64,000 nt of DNA from Candidatus Multivoradales bacterium (lineage in GTDB: Bacteria > Acidobacteriota > Thermoanaerobaculia > Multivoradales > Multivoraceae): the NCBI GenBank assembly GCA_965223325.1, contig CBDCWI010000001.1:1664001-1728000 (forward strand). Reading direction: 5' to 3'. Shown piece after piece: positions 10,490 through 21,781 of this stretch. The notes under the pieces are model-generated. The model made no database searches. It was not told the origin of the DNA and was given only the letters and a program-made list of their open reading frames with translations. A program made the translations under genes and the position numbers. How positions within the stretch are numbered: position 1 is the stretch's first letter; every line of letters begins with the position of its first letter.

Positions 10490-13429
10490 ATGAAGCTCTT
10501 CCCAGACCTGGAATTTCACCGTACGGGCATCGGACTGGTCGCCGACCCGCACGAACCTGACCGCGGCTCTCCTGTCTATCTGGCCAATGTCGCCGGCAGC
10601 CGGAGACCGTTGACCTTCTGCAGCTGTTCGGCCGGGCGTCGTGCCGTGTGTGACTGCCTGCGGCGGCTCGAAGAGCAGATCAACGAATACCAGAAGAAGA
10701 GTGCCGGTCAGGCCTGGGGCGACACGTTCCCGGTCAGCCGTTTCCACCGCTTGGCGCAGAAGATCTTCGAGGGCGACCACACGACCTACGCCGACATCCG
10801 GGTCATTCAAGAGGGCGCCGAACAGCCGATGCGCTTCCTGACTCCAGATGGGGTCGAGGCGCTGCGCTACATCGAGCTCTCGCCAGCGACCGTGCGCTTC
10901 CTCGAGCGCACCGGCAAGGCGCCCGAAAAGCGCGGTTTTGCCGACCGGGCTGGCTTGATCGATCGCCTCTCGACCTTCTTGCGCAGCCCCGAAGAGCAGC
11001 ACTTGAACAAGGCGGGCCTGCAAACCAATCGTCAGACCTTCGAGTCGAGCCTCTGGTTTCGCCTCGCCTACCACTGCTTCCGCGAGTACGGAGACCAGGG
11101 GCGCTTCGAACCGATGGTCGAGCTGCGCACCGGCGAGATGTACCTCGAGTTCACCGTCGGCAAAGAAACGATCCTGCAGATGCAACTTCCGCGGGCTCAG
11201 GTGGCAGACGTCTTCGCGCTTCTCCGCCAGGAGCCCACCGACGCCGGGGCGATCCCCGACCCACTCGACATGACCGCTCTCTTCCTGGCGACCCCGGAAG
11301 TCGAGCTGGTCACCATGCGCGGCAAGAAAACGGAGGCGCGCAAGGCGTTGGCGCTGGTTCAGGCGCACGGCCGCGAGGCCTGGGTAGAAGAGAAAGACAA
11401 CGCCCGCTTTCACTACGGCGACCTGCGCTTCATCGAGCCTCTCGGAGTGCTCGCGGCGGGTGACGGCCGTGCCAGCCGCCGCGACGAAGAACCCGAGTCG
11501 CTCGACCTGGCGCGGGCGGCGATCGCCACTTTCAGCACCGAGCCTGCAGACCTCAGTCGCGAGTGCGAACTGCTTCTCGACGACCCAATGGCCGGCGTCG
11601 GCATCGTGACCGAGTTCGACTACATCGAACTCAAGCCCGAAGAGAAGGCCGAGACCGGCCACCGCCTCGAGGTCAACTACGGCTTCGGCGAGCACGAGGT
11701 CTCACTCAATGACCTCCTGCGAGCCAAGAAGGCCGGTCAGCCCTTCCTCGAGACCGAGGCCGGTTGGATCGACTTGAATTCGCCGTCGCTGCGCGGGCTG
11801 CAAGGCCTCTTGCGCAGAAAGGAGCTCCTGCGTTCGCTGACCGACAAGTCCGCGGACGGGAACGCCGTGCGGTTGACCTCCGCCGAGCTGCTGCGGCTGC
11901 AGGCATCGAGCGCCAAACCGATTCGCGTCGAGGGGCCAAAAGATCGCTCCGAGTTGCTCGAGCGTTTCCTCGAACTGCGCCCGGCCAGTCAGCCGGTCAT
12001 GCCGAACGGCCTCAGGTCCGAGTTGCGGCCGTACCAGAAGGTCGGGCTCGAGTGGCTGCAGTTCCTGTGGGAGAACGAGCTCGCGGGGTTGCTGTGCGAC
12101 GACATGGGTCTCGGGAAAACGCATCAGGCGATGGGCATGATGGTGCTCCTGCGTGAGCACTACGACGTCAAAGAACCGTTCCTCGTCGTTTGCCCCCGAA
12201 CGGTCATTTCACACTGGCGTAACAAGATCAACGAGTATGCGCCTGGCCTCACCCCCGTCTTTCATCACGGCCCGTTGCGTGACCTCGACCGCGCACTCAC
12301 CGAAGGTGACGTCATCCTCACGTCGTACGGTGTGCTACGCAACGACATCAAGCGCTTCAGCGATCATCGCTGGGGAATTGCGGTCTTCGACGAGATTCAG
12401 CAGATCAAGAACCGATCGACGCAGGGCTACCAGGCAGCGGCAGCCATTCCGTCGCGCATGAAGATCGGCCTGACCGGTACCCCGATCGAGAACTCGCTTT
12501 CCGAGCTCAAGGCACTGTTCGACCTCATCCTGCCGGGATACCTCGGTTCGGAAGACGACTTCCGCGACCGCTACGGCGCCGGCGATATCGACGAAGACTC
12601 CTGGCAGCTCTCGAGTCTCCGCCGGCTGACGGAACCTTTCGTACTGCGCCGCCTCAAGACTGCGGTCCTCGATGAGCTGCCCGAGAAGATCGAAGACATT
12701 CGCACCTGCCAGTTGTCAGACGAACAGATGGTGCTTTATCAACAGACCATTGCCACGCGCGGTGTGGCACTGATGGAGAAGATCCAGAAAGACAAGGAGC
12801 CGCTCCCCTACATCCACATCTTCGCGCTCCTCAACATGCTCAAGCAGATCTGCGATCACCCCGCCCTGGCGCTCAACAACCTCGAGAACTACACCGAGCA
12901 CGTCTCCGGCAAGTGGGACCTGTTCAAAGAGCTGCTCGAGGAGAGTCTCGAAAGCGGCCAGAAGGTCGTCGTGTTCACGCAGTACCTGGGCATGATCGCC
13001 ATCATGCAGAAGCACCTCGAGCAACTCGGAGTGCCGTTCGTGACTCTGACCGGCGCCAGCCGAAAGCGCGGCGAGATCGTCGACCGCTTCAACCTCGACC
13101 CGCAGTGCCGCGTGTTCCTCGGGTCGCTCAAGGCTGGCGGCACCGGCATCGACCTGGTCGGCGGCAGCGTGGTGATCCACTACGACCGCTGGTGGAACGC
13201 GGCGCGTGAAGACCAGGCGACCGACCGCTTGTACCGGATCGGCCAGAAACGCGTCGTCCAGGTGTTCAAGCTGATCACCGAAGACACCCTCGAAGAACGC
13301 ATCGCCGCGATCATCGATCGTAAGCGGCGACTGATGTCGAGCGTCGTCCAGGCCGATGACCCCAAGCTCGCCAAGATCTTCACGCGCGAGGAACTCATCG
13401 AGCTCCTGCAACGCCCGGACGACGAATGA
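10490..13429 (+). CDS. SNF2/SWI2-family helicase-like ATPase with N-terminal SWIM-like Cys cluster
   Basis: [30 protein letters not shown]; CSC..CDC near the N-terminus. Confidence 0.93.
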   Translation: MKLFPDLEFHRTGIGLVADPHEPDRGSPVYLANVAGSRRPLTFCSCSAGRRAVCDCLRRLEEQINEYQKKSAGQAWGDTFPVSRFHRLAQKIFEGDHTTYADIRVIQEGAEQPMRFLTPDGVEALRYIELSPATVRFLERTGKAPEKRGFADRAGLIDRLSTFLRSPEEQHLNKAGLQTNRQTFESSLWFRLAYHCFREYGDQGRFEPMVELRTGEMYLEFTVGKETILQMQLPRAQVADVFALLRQEPTDAGAIPDPLDMTALFLATPEVELVTMRGKKTEARKALALVQAHGREAWVEEKDNARFHYGDLRFIEPLGVLAAGDGRASRRDEEPESLDLARAAIATFSTEPADLSRECELLLDDPMAGVGIVTEFDYIELKPEEKAETGHRLEVNYGFGEHEVSLNDLLRAKKAGQPFLETEAGWIDLNSPSLRGLQGLLRRKELLRSLTDKSADGNAVRLTSAELLRLQASSAKPIRVEGPKDRSELLERFLELRPASQPVMPNGLRSELRPYQKVGLEWLQFLWENELAGLLCDDMGLGKTHQAMGMMVLLREHYDVKEPFLVVCPRTVISHWRNKINEYAPGLTPVFHHGPLRDLDRALTEGDVILTSYGVLRNDIKRFSDHRWGIAVFDEIQQIKNRSTQGYQAAAAIPSRMKIGLTGTPIENSLSELKALFDLILPGYLGSEDDFRDRYGAGDIDEDSWQLSSLRRLTEPFVLRRLKTAVLDELPEKIEDIRTCQLSDEQMVLYQQTIATRGVALMEKIQKDKEPLPYIHIFALLNMLKQICDHPALALNNLENYTEHVSGKWDLFKELLEESLESGQKVVVFTQYLGMIAIMQKHLEQLGVPFVTLTGASRKRGEIVDRFNLDPQCRVFLGSLKAGGTGIDLVGGSVVIHYDRWWNAAREDQATDRLYRIGQKRVVQVFKLITEDTLEERIAAIIDRKRRLMSSVVQADDPKLAKIFTREELIELLQRPDDE

Positions 13430-13454
13430 CCACTCACCTGGAGACCCGGCGGTC

Positions 13455-14522
13455 ATGAAAGCGAACATCCTGCTCCTGCCGGGCGACGGCGTCGGCCCCG
13501 AAGTCACCGCCGCGGCACGTTCGGTCCTCGAACGAATCGCAAGAGACGGCGGCTACGACTTCTCCTTCGACGAGGCCCTGGTCGGCGGCTGTGCGATCGA
13601 CGAACACGGCGTTTCGCTCCCGCCCGACACGCTCAGAGCGTGCAAGTCATCGTCGGCGATTCTGCTCGGGGCCGTAGGTGGGCCGAAGTGGTCGGACCCG
13701 ACGGCACCGGTGAGACCCGAACAGGGGTTGCTCGAACTGCGCGCCGAGCTCGGGCTGTTTGCCAACCTGAGACCAGTGCCGACGTTTGCTCCGCTTCGCA
13801 ACCAGGTCCCGCTGCGTGCCGAGTTGCTCGAGGGCGTTGACCTGTTCTTCATTCGTGAGCTCACCGGCGGCATCTACTTTGGCGAGCGCCAGGAAAAGGG
13901 CGACCACGACCACGCGTTCGACACCATGATATACAGCACCGCCGAGGTCGAGCGGGTTGCGCATGTGGCCTTTCGAGCGGCGCGCAAGCGGCGCAAGAAG
14001 GTCACGTCGGTCGACAAGGCGAATGTGCTGGCCTCGATGCGCCTCTGGCGCCAGGCTGTGGTGGCTGTCGCCGACCAGTACCCCGACGTTGAGCTCGAGC
14101 ACCAGCTGGTGGACGCGATGGCAATGCACATCCTGACTCGGCCGGCCGACTTCGACGTCATCGTGGCCGGCAACATGTTCGGCGACATTCTGAGCGACGA
14201 GGCAGCGGTTCTGGCGGGCTCGCTGGGCATGCTGCCCTCGGCGTCGGTGGGCGAAGGGTCGCTCGGCCTCTACGAACCGATTCATGGCTCGGCCCCGGAC
14301 ATCGCCGGCAAGGGCATTGCCAACCCGATCGCAACGATTCTGAGTGCCGCCATGCTCTTGCGCTACAGCCTCGACCTCGACGAAGACGCAACGCGCATTG
14401 AGGCGGCAGTCAACCAGGCGCTCGAAGACGGCCTACGAACGGCCGACCTGGTCCAGAAAGGCGAGCGTCATCGCGCCGCGTCGACCGTGGAGGCTACCGC
14501 CGCCATCCTGCAGACGCTGTAG
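13455..14522 (+). CDS. leuB: 3-isopropylmalate dehydrogenase
   Basis: [42 protein letters not shown]. Confidence 0.97.
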   Translation: MKANILLLPGDGVGPEVTAAARSVLERIARDGGYDFSFDEALVGGCAIDEHGVSLPPDTLRACKSSSAILLGAVGGPKWSDPTAPVRPEQGLLELRAELGLFANLRPVPTFAPLRNQVPLRAELLEGVDLFFIRELTGGIYFGERQEKGDHDHAFDTMIYSTAEVERVAHVAFRAARKRRKKVTSVDKANVLASMRLWRQAVVAVADQYPDVELEHQLVDAMAMHILTRPADFDVIVAGNMFGDILSDEAAVLAGSLGMLPSASVGEGSLGLYEPIHGSAPDIAGKGIANPIATILSAAMLLRYSLDLDEDATRIEAAVNQALEDGLRTADLVQKGERHRAASTVEATAAILQTL

Positions 14523-14545
14523 GTCGCCTTCGCTTCTGGTGGCAA

Positions 14546-15130
14546 CTAGCGTGACCGGCTGACGCGCACCGTCTGGTCGTGGCGGCGCCGTGGTCCCTCT
14601 GTGTCGCGCTTGGGGAACGGCATTTCCTTGGACGCCGACTCGCTGTAGCGCGCCGCCCGACACTCCACGTAGAGCCATTGATAGTCGGCGCAGTAGAGCG
14701 GGTTGTGCAGCTGCCGGCTCTCGATGAACTGCGCCAGCGACTCGTAGGAATCGATCACGCTGCCGCCCCAGTGCTGCACGAAGAGGTCGCGCGGCAGAAG
14801 GTCTTGTTTGATCATCAAACCGATCATGTTGTAGGTCGAACACACCAGCAGCACGTGGAACACGTCGCCGGCATCCCAGGATTGATGTGGCCGGCCCTTC
14901 ATGCGATTCCGCACCACCAGGAGCGCGGCGCGAAAGTCCTGATCGCGCAGCATCTCGAGAGCCGAGAGCATGTTCTGGGACTTGCGCGCGTCTTTGGCGA
15001 CACCTAGCTGTTCCTGCACGAAGTGCAGTTGCGCCAGGCTGTTGCGATGAAGGAACAAGGAGAGGATCAGCGTGCCGACCGCACCCAATGCGGCCGCCCC
15101 GCTGAGAAGCAGAACGAAGTTCGAAACCAT
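14546..15130 (-). CDS. Membrane-anchored hypothetical protein, DUF4760-like
   Basis: N-terminal TM helix and helical domain; family assignment from recalled pattern. Confidence 0.6.
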   Translation of the reverse strand: MVSNFVLLLSGAAALGAVGTLILSLFLHRNSLAQLHFVQEQLGVAKDARKSQNMLSALEMLRDQDFRAALLVVRNRMKGRPHQSWDAGDVFHVLLVCSTYNMIGLMIKQDLLPRDLFVQHWGGSVIDSYESLAQFIESRQLHNPLYCADYQWLYVECRAARYSESASKEMPFPKRDTEGPRRRHDQTVRVSRSR

Positions 15131-15295
15131 GGTCAGCAGACCTCCAGAGAATCTCCTGGCCTCAGAGGGAGAGAACCAAGCGCAATGTGAGGCGGGCTAG
15201 GGATTGACTGCAGACAAAGGTGGGCGATGGGCGTCTGCTAGAGGAAGAATCGAGAAGTGGGGTTTGAATAAACGGTACAGAAAATCTCGGGTTGA

Positions 15296-16360
15296 TCAGT
15301 TGCTCGGCAGGAACTGCTCGAACATCGCCTTGCTGTGGGCCTTGGCGTAGGCGGCCTCGGCACTGACCTCCTTGGCCTCGAAGAGCGCCATGATCGCTTC
15401 GTCCATCATCTGCATGCCCTCCTTGCGACCACCCTGGATGATGGAACGCAGCATGGGCGTGTTGCCCTCGCGAATGACGTTGGGCATTCCCTGAGTGCGT
15501 AACATGATCTCGAGGGCCGCGCGACGGCCTTTGCCGTCGGCAGTTGGCAAGAGGAGCTGCGAGACGACGGCGGCCAGTGCTTCGGCCAATGTGTTGCGCA
15601 CCTTGGACTGCTGCTCAGCCGGGAAGGCATCGATCAACCGGTCGATGGTGTTGATCGCTCCGTTGGTGTGCAGGGTACCGAAGACCAGGGCACCCATCTC
15701 GGCGGCGGTGATCGCCAGCGAGATGGTCTCGAGGTCGCGCATCTCGCCGACCAGAATGACGTCGGCGTCTTCACGGATGGCGCCGCGCAGCGCACTGGCG
15801 AAGCTGTCACAGTCATGCCCGACTTCGCGCTGCGAGAACACCGATGTGCGGTTGGGGTGAACGAACTCGACCGGATCTTCGATGGTGATGATGTGCTTGT
15901 TGTAGGTCCGGTTGATGCGATCGATGATCGCCGCCATGGTGGTCGACTTGCCCGAACCGGTCGGCCCGGTGACCAGGACCAGGCCCTGCTCGAGGTCGGC
16001 GAGTTTCTTGATCGCGTCGGGGTGGCCGAGGTCGTCGCAGGTCATGATGTCGGTCGGAATGATGCGGAACACCGCCGCCGCACCATTCTCCTGCTTGAGG
16101 AAGTTGCAGCGGAAACGCGCAACACCCGTCAGGCTGTAGGCGAAATCGAGATCACCGGTCGCCGAATACTCTTCCCACTGCGACGGTGTTGCGATCTCCG
16201 CCAGCATCGTGCTGAGCTCACTATGGTCGAGCTTTTCCCAGCCGCCGACCGCTTCGAGGGCACCGTGCACACGAACCCGCGGCTCCATTCCAGCAACGAG
16301 GTGGAGGTCGGAACCGTCGTTCTCGTGCACCCAGCGAAACAGCTCGTCGATTCGTGCCAT
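15296..16360 (-). CDS. pilT: Type IV pilus retraction ATPase, PilT family
   Basis: SDLHL, GPTGSGKSTT, TIEDPVE, GEMRD, GTLHT. Confidence 0.92.
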   Translation of the reverse strand: MARIDELFRWVHENDGSDLHLVAGMEPRVRVHGALEAVGGWEKLDHSELSTMLAEIATPSQWEEYSATGDLDFAYSLTGVARFRCNFLKQENGAAAVFRIIPTDIMTCDDLGHPDAIKKLADLEQGLVLVTGPTGSGKSTTMAAIIDRINRTYNKHIITIEDPVEFVHPNRTSVFSQREVGHDCDSFASALRGAIREDADVILVGEMRDLETISLAITAAEMGALVFGTLHTNGAINTIDRLIDAFPAEQQSKVRNTLAEALAAVVSQLLLPTADGKGRRAALEIMLRTQGMPNVIREGNTPMLRSIIQGGRKEGMQMMDEAIMALFEAKEVSAEAAYAKAHSKAMFEQFLPSN

Positions 16361-16366
16361 CTTCCT

Positions 16367-18142
16367 CTACGCTCCCGCCAGAATGGTCTTGGGGTTGTCA
16401 CACACCCGCAGGGCCTCTTCTTTGGTGATCTTCTTTTCTTTCATCAAGTTGACCAGCGACTGATCGAGCAGGCACATCCCGTGTTTGCGACCGCTCTGCA
16501 TGAGACCGGGTATCTGGAAGGTCTTCTCTTCGCGAATCAGATTCGCGATTGCCATGTTGAGCATCAGCACTTCGACTGCTGGCACACGGCCCGATCCGTC
16601 TGCCTTGACCACGAGGCGCTGCGACACGACGGCGCGCAGAGATTCCGACACCATGGTGCGAATCTGTGACTGCTCCTCGGGTGGGAAGGCACCGATCAAA
16701 CGACTCACCGTCGCGATCGCGGACAGCGTGTGCATGGTGCCGAGAACGAGATGGCCGGTCTCGGCCGCGGTCAGGGCGAGCGAGATCGTCTCGTGGTCGC
16801 GTAGCTCGCCAATCACGATCACATCCGGGTCTTCGCGCAGGGCACCCCGGAGGGCGCGAGCGAAGGAACCGGTGTGATTGTTGACCTGGCGTTGGTTGAC
16901 CAGACAGACCTTTGACGGGTGGATGTATTCGATGGGATCTTCGACCGTCAGAATGTGGTCGGGTTTGTCTTGATTGACAAGGTCGACCACCGCCGCCAGC
17001 GTTGAAGACTTGCCGCAACCGGTGGGCCCCGTAAAAAGCACCATGCCCTGGTGAAAGTGCGCCAGCTTGGCGAGCGACTCCGGCAACCCGAGCTCCTCGA
17101 GGCTCGGTGGCGCGGGCGGCACGATACGGAAGACGATGTCGGTCCCGTTCTGCTGCCGGTAGGCGTTGCAGCGGAGGCGCGCCTTGCCGGCCACGGTATG
17201 CGAGAAGTCGACCTGACCCGTCTCGGCCATTGCCTGATGGAGACTGGGTGGCAGGATCGCATCGAGAATGCGTTGGTTCTGGGCGGTTTCGGAAACGCGA
17301 CCCTCGAGATCGACCAGCGTGCCGTTGACCCGCACCTTGACCGGCACGGTGGCATGCAAGTGAAGATCGCTGGCGCCACGCTCGACGGCGATGCCGATGA
17401 GCTCGTCGAGTTCGGGAGCCGCCGACGATTCCCAGTCGCCATGTCCTACTGTTTTCCATTTCTGCTGGATCGGTGCGGCGGCAGCGGCAGCCGCCGGAGC
17501 CTGGGCGGGCTGGACCGGCTGCGGTGCCGCGACCGGCTGGGCGACAGCCGCCGGCGGATCCGGGGCAGCGGTCGAGACAGGTTCCGTGGGCTCGGCGACG
17601 GGTATCGGTTGCGCGGCCGGCGCCACATCGACCACCTGAATCGGCTCGGCGAGCGCCGCCGGCTCGACGGCAAGCGGCACGGCCTCGAGAGGCGGAGCGG
17701 GCGCCGCCTCGGCGACCGCCGCGTCCATCGCAATGGTGTCGACGGTGGAATCCACAGGCGCAGCCACAGCCATCAACGGCTCGGTCGACGGCGGTTCCAT
17801 CACCGGAACCTCGGCCGCCAGTGGCACGGCGCTCGGCTGCGTATCCGCCAGGCTCGCGGTTTCAAGAGCCATCGTCTCCACCATCTCCGGCGGAACCTCC
17901 GCCAGGGTCGGTGCCGGCGGTTCTTTGCCTTCTTCCCCCTGCTTCTCGAGGACCCAGGCGGCCTGCTCCATGGTCAGAGCGCCGGCATCGACCAGCAGCG
18001 CACCAATGCGACGCGTCGGATCCTCCATCTGTGCCATGAGGGCGTCTGACAATTGATCACTGGTGCAAAGACCGTTCTCGACCGCAATCCGTCCGAACAA
18101 GAGCGCGTCTTCGTCGAGGGCAAAGGGACTCGCTTGACTCAT
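16367..18142 (-). CDS. pilT: PilT-family ATPase with N-terminal MshEN-like domain and Pro/Ala-rich linker
   Basis: GPTGCGKSST, LREDPD, GELRD, ANLIRE; two 24-aa MshEN-like motifs at the N-terminus. Confidence 0.88.
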   Translation of the reverse strand: MSQASPFALDEDALLFGRIAVENGLCTSDQLSDALMAQMEDPTRRIGALLVDAGALTMEQAAWVLEKQGEEGKEPPAPTLAEVPPEMVETMALETASLADTQPSAVPLAAEVPVMEPPSTEPLMAVAAPVDSTVDTIAMDAAVAEAAPAPPLEAVPLAVEPAALAEPIQVVDVAPAAQPIPVAEPTEPVSTAAPDPPAAVAQPVAAPQPVQPAQAPAAAAAAAPIQQKWKTVGHGDWESSAAPELDELIGIAVERGASDLHLHATVPVKVRVNGTLVDLEGRVSETAQNQRILDAILPPSLHQAMAETGQVDFSHTVAGKARLRCNAYRQQNGTDIVFRIVPPAPPSLEELGLPESLAKLAHFHQGMVLFTGPTGCGKSSTLAAVVDLVNQDKPDHILTVEDPIEYIHPSKVCLVNQRQVNNHTGSFARALRGALREDPDVIVIGELRDHETISLALTAAETGHLVLGTMHTLSAIATVSRLIGAFPPEEQSQIRTMVSESLRAVVSQRLVVKADGSGRVPAVEVLMLNMAIANLIREEKTFQIPGLMQSGRKHGMCLLDQSLVNLMKEKKITKEEALRVCDNPKTILAGA

Positions 18143-18266
18143 GAGAAATGACCTGGCTGAAGGGAGGTGAAGGTCTGAGAACCGGCCATACACGGCCGTG
18201 GCGATTCTACCAGCAAAACTAGTATTTACAAGTAAACCGGTAATCCATCGCCCTTCCCACCCACCA

Positions 18267-18365
18267 CCCGGGCAATCCCCGGGCGTTTCCCGGGCGCTTC
18301 CCGGGCGTCTCCCGGGCGTCTCCCGGGCGTCTCCCGGGCGTTTCCCGGGCGTCTCCCGGGCGATC
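18267..18365. repeat. Nine tandem 11-bp units, consensus CCCGGGCGTCT
   Basis: Units start at 18267, 18278, ... 18355; intergenic between divergent genes. Confidence 0.92.
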
Positions 18366-18437
18366 GACTGGGGTGATTCTTGGGATTCTCGGGGGGTTCC
18401 CTCGAAGGGGCGGGCGAGGCGCTATATTGCGCCCCTT

Positions 18438-19481
18438 ATGCCTCTACTTCGTGGTTCGGTCTCGATGACCCGCTTCAACGTTGCCAGCCTCCCCGACGAG
18501 CCTGACTTCGATGGTCAGGCGTGGAAGGAAATTGGCCCGGGCTCGCAGCTGCGTGAATCGATTGGCTTCGTGCCCTTCGAGCCTGGGGCACCCTGGCTGG
18601 CGGGGATCCGTCGTTTCGCGGCGCGTGTTCGCATCGACACCCTGAAGCCCGATCCGACAGGGGTGCGCGAGCGGTTTCAGGATCTCTGCCGGCTCGAGCT
18701 CGAGCACGGCGGTCTCGATTTCGTCGGCCCGAAGAAACGACGTGAGCTCAAGAACCTCGCCGAGGAGGAACTGCTGCTGCGCGCCGCGCCACGCTCGCGC
18801 ATCATCGAGACAGTAATCGATCGCGGTGTGCTCTACGTCGGTTCGACCGCCAACCTTCATCTCGGCAAGATTATTCAGCTCTACCGGCGCGCGGGCGTCG
18901 TAGCCGACTTCAAGACCCCGTGGATCGACCACGGCCAGGCCGAGGCAACCAGCGAGATTCTCGAGATCCACGACCCGGTGCAGTCGGCGCACGGGGCGCA
19001 CTTCCTGCGTGATCTGGTCGATGACCCGGAGATCAAGTTCGAGCCAATCGGTGGCTACGTTCGCCTGCAGAATCGACACGCCCGCATCTCGTTGACTGGC
19101 GCTGTCCTGCGCGACCTCTACCGCTTCCTCGAAGAAGACGCGGAGCTGTTGGCGGCCAAGTTGGTCACCGCCGAGCACACCTTTCGCTTCGACGCCCTAC
19201 CTTTTCGGATTTCAGGCTGCAACATCGAAAACAGCCGCCACGCCCACTGGATCGAGCAGCTCGACGAACGCCTCGAGGGAATCGAGTCGGTGTGGGAGGT
19301 CCTGGAAAACCGCTACAAGGAGCATCGCGGCATCGGCAAGAAGCGCAAGAGCCCGGTCGCGGACCTGCGAAAGATCAGAGAAGCACACCTTTCACAGCAG
19401 ACAGAACGCGAGCCCGGCATCGATGACGAACCGCCGCCTCTGCCCCCCAGAACCGAAAGCGACAGCGAAGTGCCCTTCTAG
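18438..19481 (+). CDS. RdgC-like recombination-associated protein
   Basis: LRGSVSMTRF, RVRIDT, KKRRELK..EEELLLRAAP pattern resembles RdgC family; TATATT upstream. Confidence 0.6.
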   Translation: MPLLRGSVSMTRFNVASLPDEPDFDGQAWKEIGPGSQLRESIGFVPFEPGAPWLAGIRRFAARVRIDTLKPDPTGVRERFQDLCRLELEHGGLDFVGPKKRRELKNLAEEELLLRAAPRSRIIETVIDRGVLYVGSTANLHLGKIIQLYRRAGVVADFKTPWIDHGQAEATSEILEIHDPVQSAHGAHFLRDLVDDPEIKFEPIGGYVRLQNRHARISLTGAVLRDLYRFLEEDAELLAAKLVTAEHTFRFDALPFRISGCNIENSRHAHWIEQLDERLEGIESVWEVLENRYKEHRGIGKKRKSPVADLRKIREAHLSQQTEREPGIDDEPPPLPPRTESDSEVPF

Positions 19482-19560
19482 GGGCTGTTCTCGCTCGCCA
19501 CTCGAGGTCTAGCGCTACCGCTGGCTGAGTACTACGCCGCAGCCAACGGCGATGCCCGAA

Positions 19561-20373
19561 CTAGCGCGGTAGAAACAGGGCGAGGAGAGCCAGGCCCAGC
19601 AACACCCGATAGACGACGAAGACCAGCATCGAGCGACTCTCGAGCCAGTGCAGCAGGCGGTCGATCACCAGGTACCCGACCACTGCCGAAACAACCACCA
19701 CGATGGCGAGCGGCACCAGGTCGATCGGACCGACCTCACCGCGCGCCAGGTCGAAGAAGTCCTTCGCAGCAACCAGGAGACCGACGGGCACCGCGAGCAG
19801 GAACGCCATGCGGGCGGCGGCCGGTCGATCGAAGCGCAGCCCCATGGCAGCGGTCATCGTCACACCCGAGCGCGACACGCCGGGAAACAGCGCCACCGCC
19901 TGGGCCAGACCCACCAGCCACCAGTCGCGCCAACTCGCCTCGGCAACCTGACGCCGCCCGGCCATGTAGCGATCGGCAACCCACAGCAACACACCGAAAA
20001 CGATCGAGCCCACCGCGACCACCAGCGGACTGCGCGCCGCGCCGCCGACGACGTCTTGCAGCAACAATCCAAGAAGGCCGACCGGAATCGTCGCCAGCAG
20101 AATGCTCCAGGCAGTCGACTCCTCTCGATCCATGGAATGCGAAGGAGCGGCGAGGCGAGCCAAGAGGGCTCGGGCATACCGCGCCAGATCGTTCCGGAAG
20201 TACACCAGTACCGCCAGGAGAGTTCCTGTATTGGCCGCCGCGTCGGCGACCAGCCCCTGATCCGGCCAACCCGTCAACACCGGCACCAGCACCAGGTGCG
20301 CCGACGAAGAAATCGGCAGGAATTCGGTAAACCCCTGGATCAGGCCAAGGACAAGCGCTTGGAGAATGCTCAT
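19561..20373 (-). CDS. uppP: Undecaprenyl-diphosphate phosphatase
   Basis: GLIQGFTEFLPISSSAHL, PGVSRSGVT. Confidence 0.96.
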   Translation of the reverse strand: MSILQALVLGLIQGFTEFLPISSSAHLVLVPVLTGWPDQGLVADAAANTGTLLAVLVYFRNDLARYARALLARLAAPSHSMDREESTAWSILLATIPVGLLGLLLQDVVGGAARSPLVVAVGSIVFGVLLWVADRYMAGRRQVAEASWRDWWLVGLAQAVALFPGVSRSGVTMTAAMGLRFDRPAAARMAFLLAVPVGLLVAAKDFFDLARGEVGPIDLVPLAIVVVVSAVVGYLVIDRLLHWLESRSMLVFVVYRVLLGLALLALFLPR

Positions 20374-20566
20374 GATGCGGCATCGGATGGTACCTGGATC
20401 GGGTCCGAGACACCCTTCGGATGCCCGCATGCGGCCGGCGCACCGGCCGTGCCCGTGTTAGCCTCGCAGCCGCGAGCTCGAAACGCCGTTGGGCTCCCAC
20501 AGACCGCTACGTCCTCTCCGCCCGGACACCACCGGTGCGCCATGGAACGTGCCCAATCCAGTTGAC

Positions 20567-21781
20567 ATGAGCGTCGCGACGTCCAGCCCTACCCAAACGC
20601 AAGACCCACCAGAGACCGTCTCCGACGGGGTCTTGGCCAGACTGCGCGGCCCTCTTCCAGGACCGACCCTGGTGGTGATCGCCGGTCTGCACGGCAATGA
20701 GACTTCCGGTCTCAGAGCCGCCGAGAGGGTTCTCCACGACTTCCCGGAAGACGGCCTGGTGCGCGGGGACTTCTTGATCCTCGAGGGCAACCGCGAGGCG
20801 ATTCGGACCGCACAGCGCTACGTCGATCGCGACCTCAACCGCAACTGGTTCCCGGCCGAGATCAGCTCGATGTTCGCAGGCACCCACGCCCCCGAAACCG
20901 CCGAAGATCTCGAGATCAAGCGCATCGCGGAGCAGCTGCAGGCAGCCCGCCACGCGGCACGCGGCAACACCTACCTGCTCGACCTGCACTCCACATCGGG
21001 GGCTAGCCTTCCGTTCATCAACGTTGGCGACGCCATTCCCAGTCGGCGGTTGACGCGCTACTTCCCGGTACCCGCCGTGCTGGGCCTCGACGAGTCGCTC
21101 GCGGGAACCCTCCTGCAATGGGCAGAAGAGGCCGGGTGGGTGGGCCTGGTTTTCGAAGGTGGTCAGCACGAGGCCGATTCGAGCATCGATGCCGCCGAAG
21201 CGGCGATCTGGATCGGCCTCGGCGATCTCGGCCTGGTAGCGCCCGAGGTCGGTCGACCCGCCGCGGAGCAAGCACGAAGCGTATTGGCGCGCCTCGCGGG
21301 TGGTGAACGAGGCATGTTCGAAGTGGTGGCGCGTCACGCCATCGAAGACCGTCAACTGTTCGAGATGAATGAGGGCTTCGCTAGTTTCGACCTCATCGCA
21401 GAAGGCGAGCACCTCGCCGAAGACGCCGGAGAAGCCGTCACCGCCTCGCGCGACAGCTGGCTCCTGATGCCGCTCTACCAGCCCCAGGGAAGCGACGGCT
21501 TCTTTCTCATGCGCCGTTTCGGCCCGATTCGCCAGGTTCTCTCACGCGCCTTGCGGCGCCTAGGCAGCGACCGCCTGCTGCCGCTCTTGCCGGGCCTCGA
21601 ACGACCCAACGAACGCAGCCGGCGCCGCCTGCTGGTGCCACCCGGCTGGCTCTCGGGACCCCGGTGGCGCCTCCTTGTTCTGCTGGGCTACCGCCGCCAG
21701 GTCGCAGACATCGGCGACAAGGTGCTGCTCGAACGGCGGCGCCAACGCATGGCTCCGCTCGCGTCTCTCGGCGAGGACTGA
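20567..21781 (+). CDS. Succinylglutamate desuccinylase/aspartoacylase family (M14-like) protein
   Basis: GLHGNE, DLNR, LDLHST, FEGGQH; start uncertain. Confidence 0.88.
   Translation: MSVATSSPTQTQDPPETVSDGVLARLRGPLPGPTLVVIAGLHGNETSGLRAAERVLHDFPEDGLVRGDFLILEGNREAIRTAQRYVDRDLNRNWFPAEISSMFAGTHAPETAEDLEIKRIAEQLQAARHAARGNTYLLDLHSTSGASLPFINVGDAIPSRRLTRYFPVPAVLGLDESLAGTLLQWAEEAGWVGLVFEGGQHEADSSIDAAEAAIWIGLGDLGLVAPEVGRPAAEQARSVLARLAGGERGMFEVVARHAIEDRQLFEMNEGFASFDLIAEGEHLAEDAGEAVTASRDSWLLMPLYQPQGSDGFFLMRRFGPIRQVLSRALRRLGSDRLLPLLPGLERPNERSRRRLLVPPGWLSGPRWRLLVLLGYRRQVADIGDKVLLERRRQRMAPLASLGED

Noticed and set aside
18267-18365. CRISPR array
   Set aside because: No spacers, an 11-bp unit, no cas genes.
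18198-18437. N-terminal extension of the RdgC-like ORF through the tandem repeat
   Set aside because: Translation of the 11-bp repeat; a better start at 18438 follows a -10-like hexamer.
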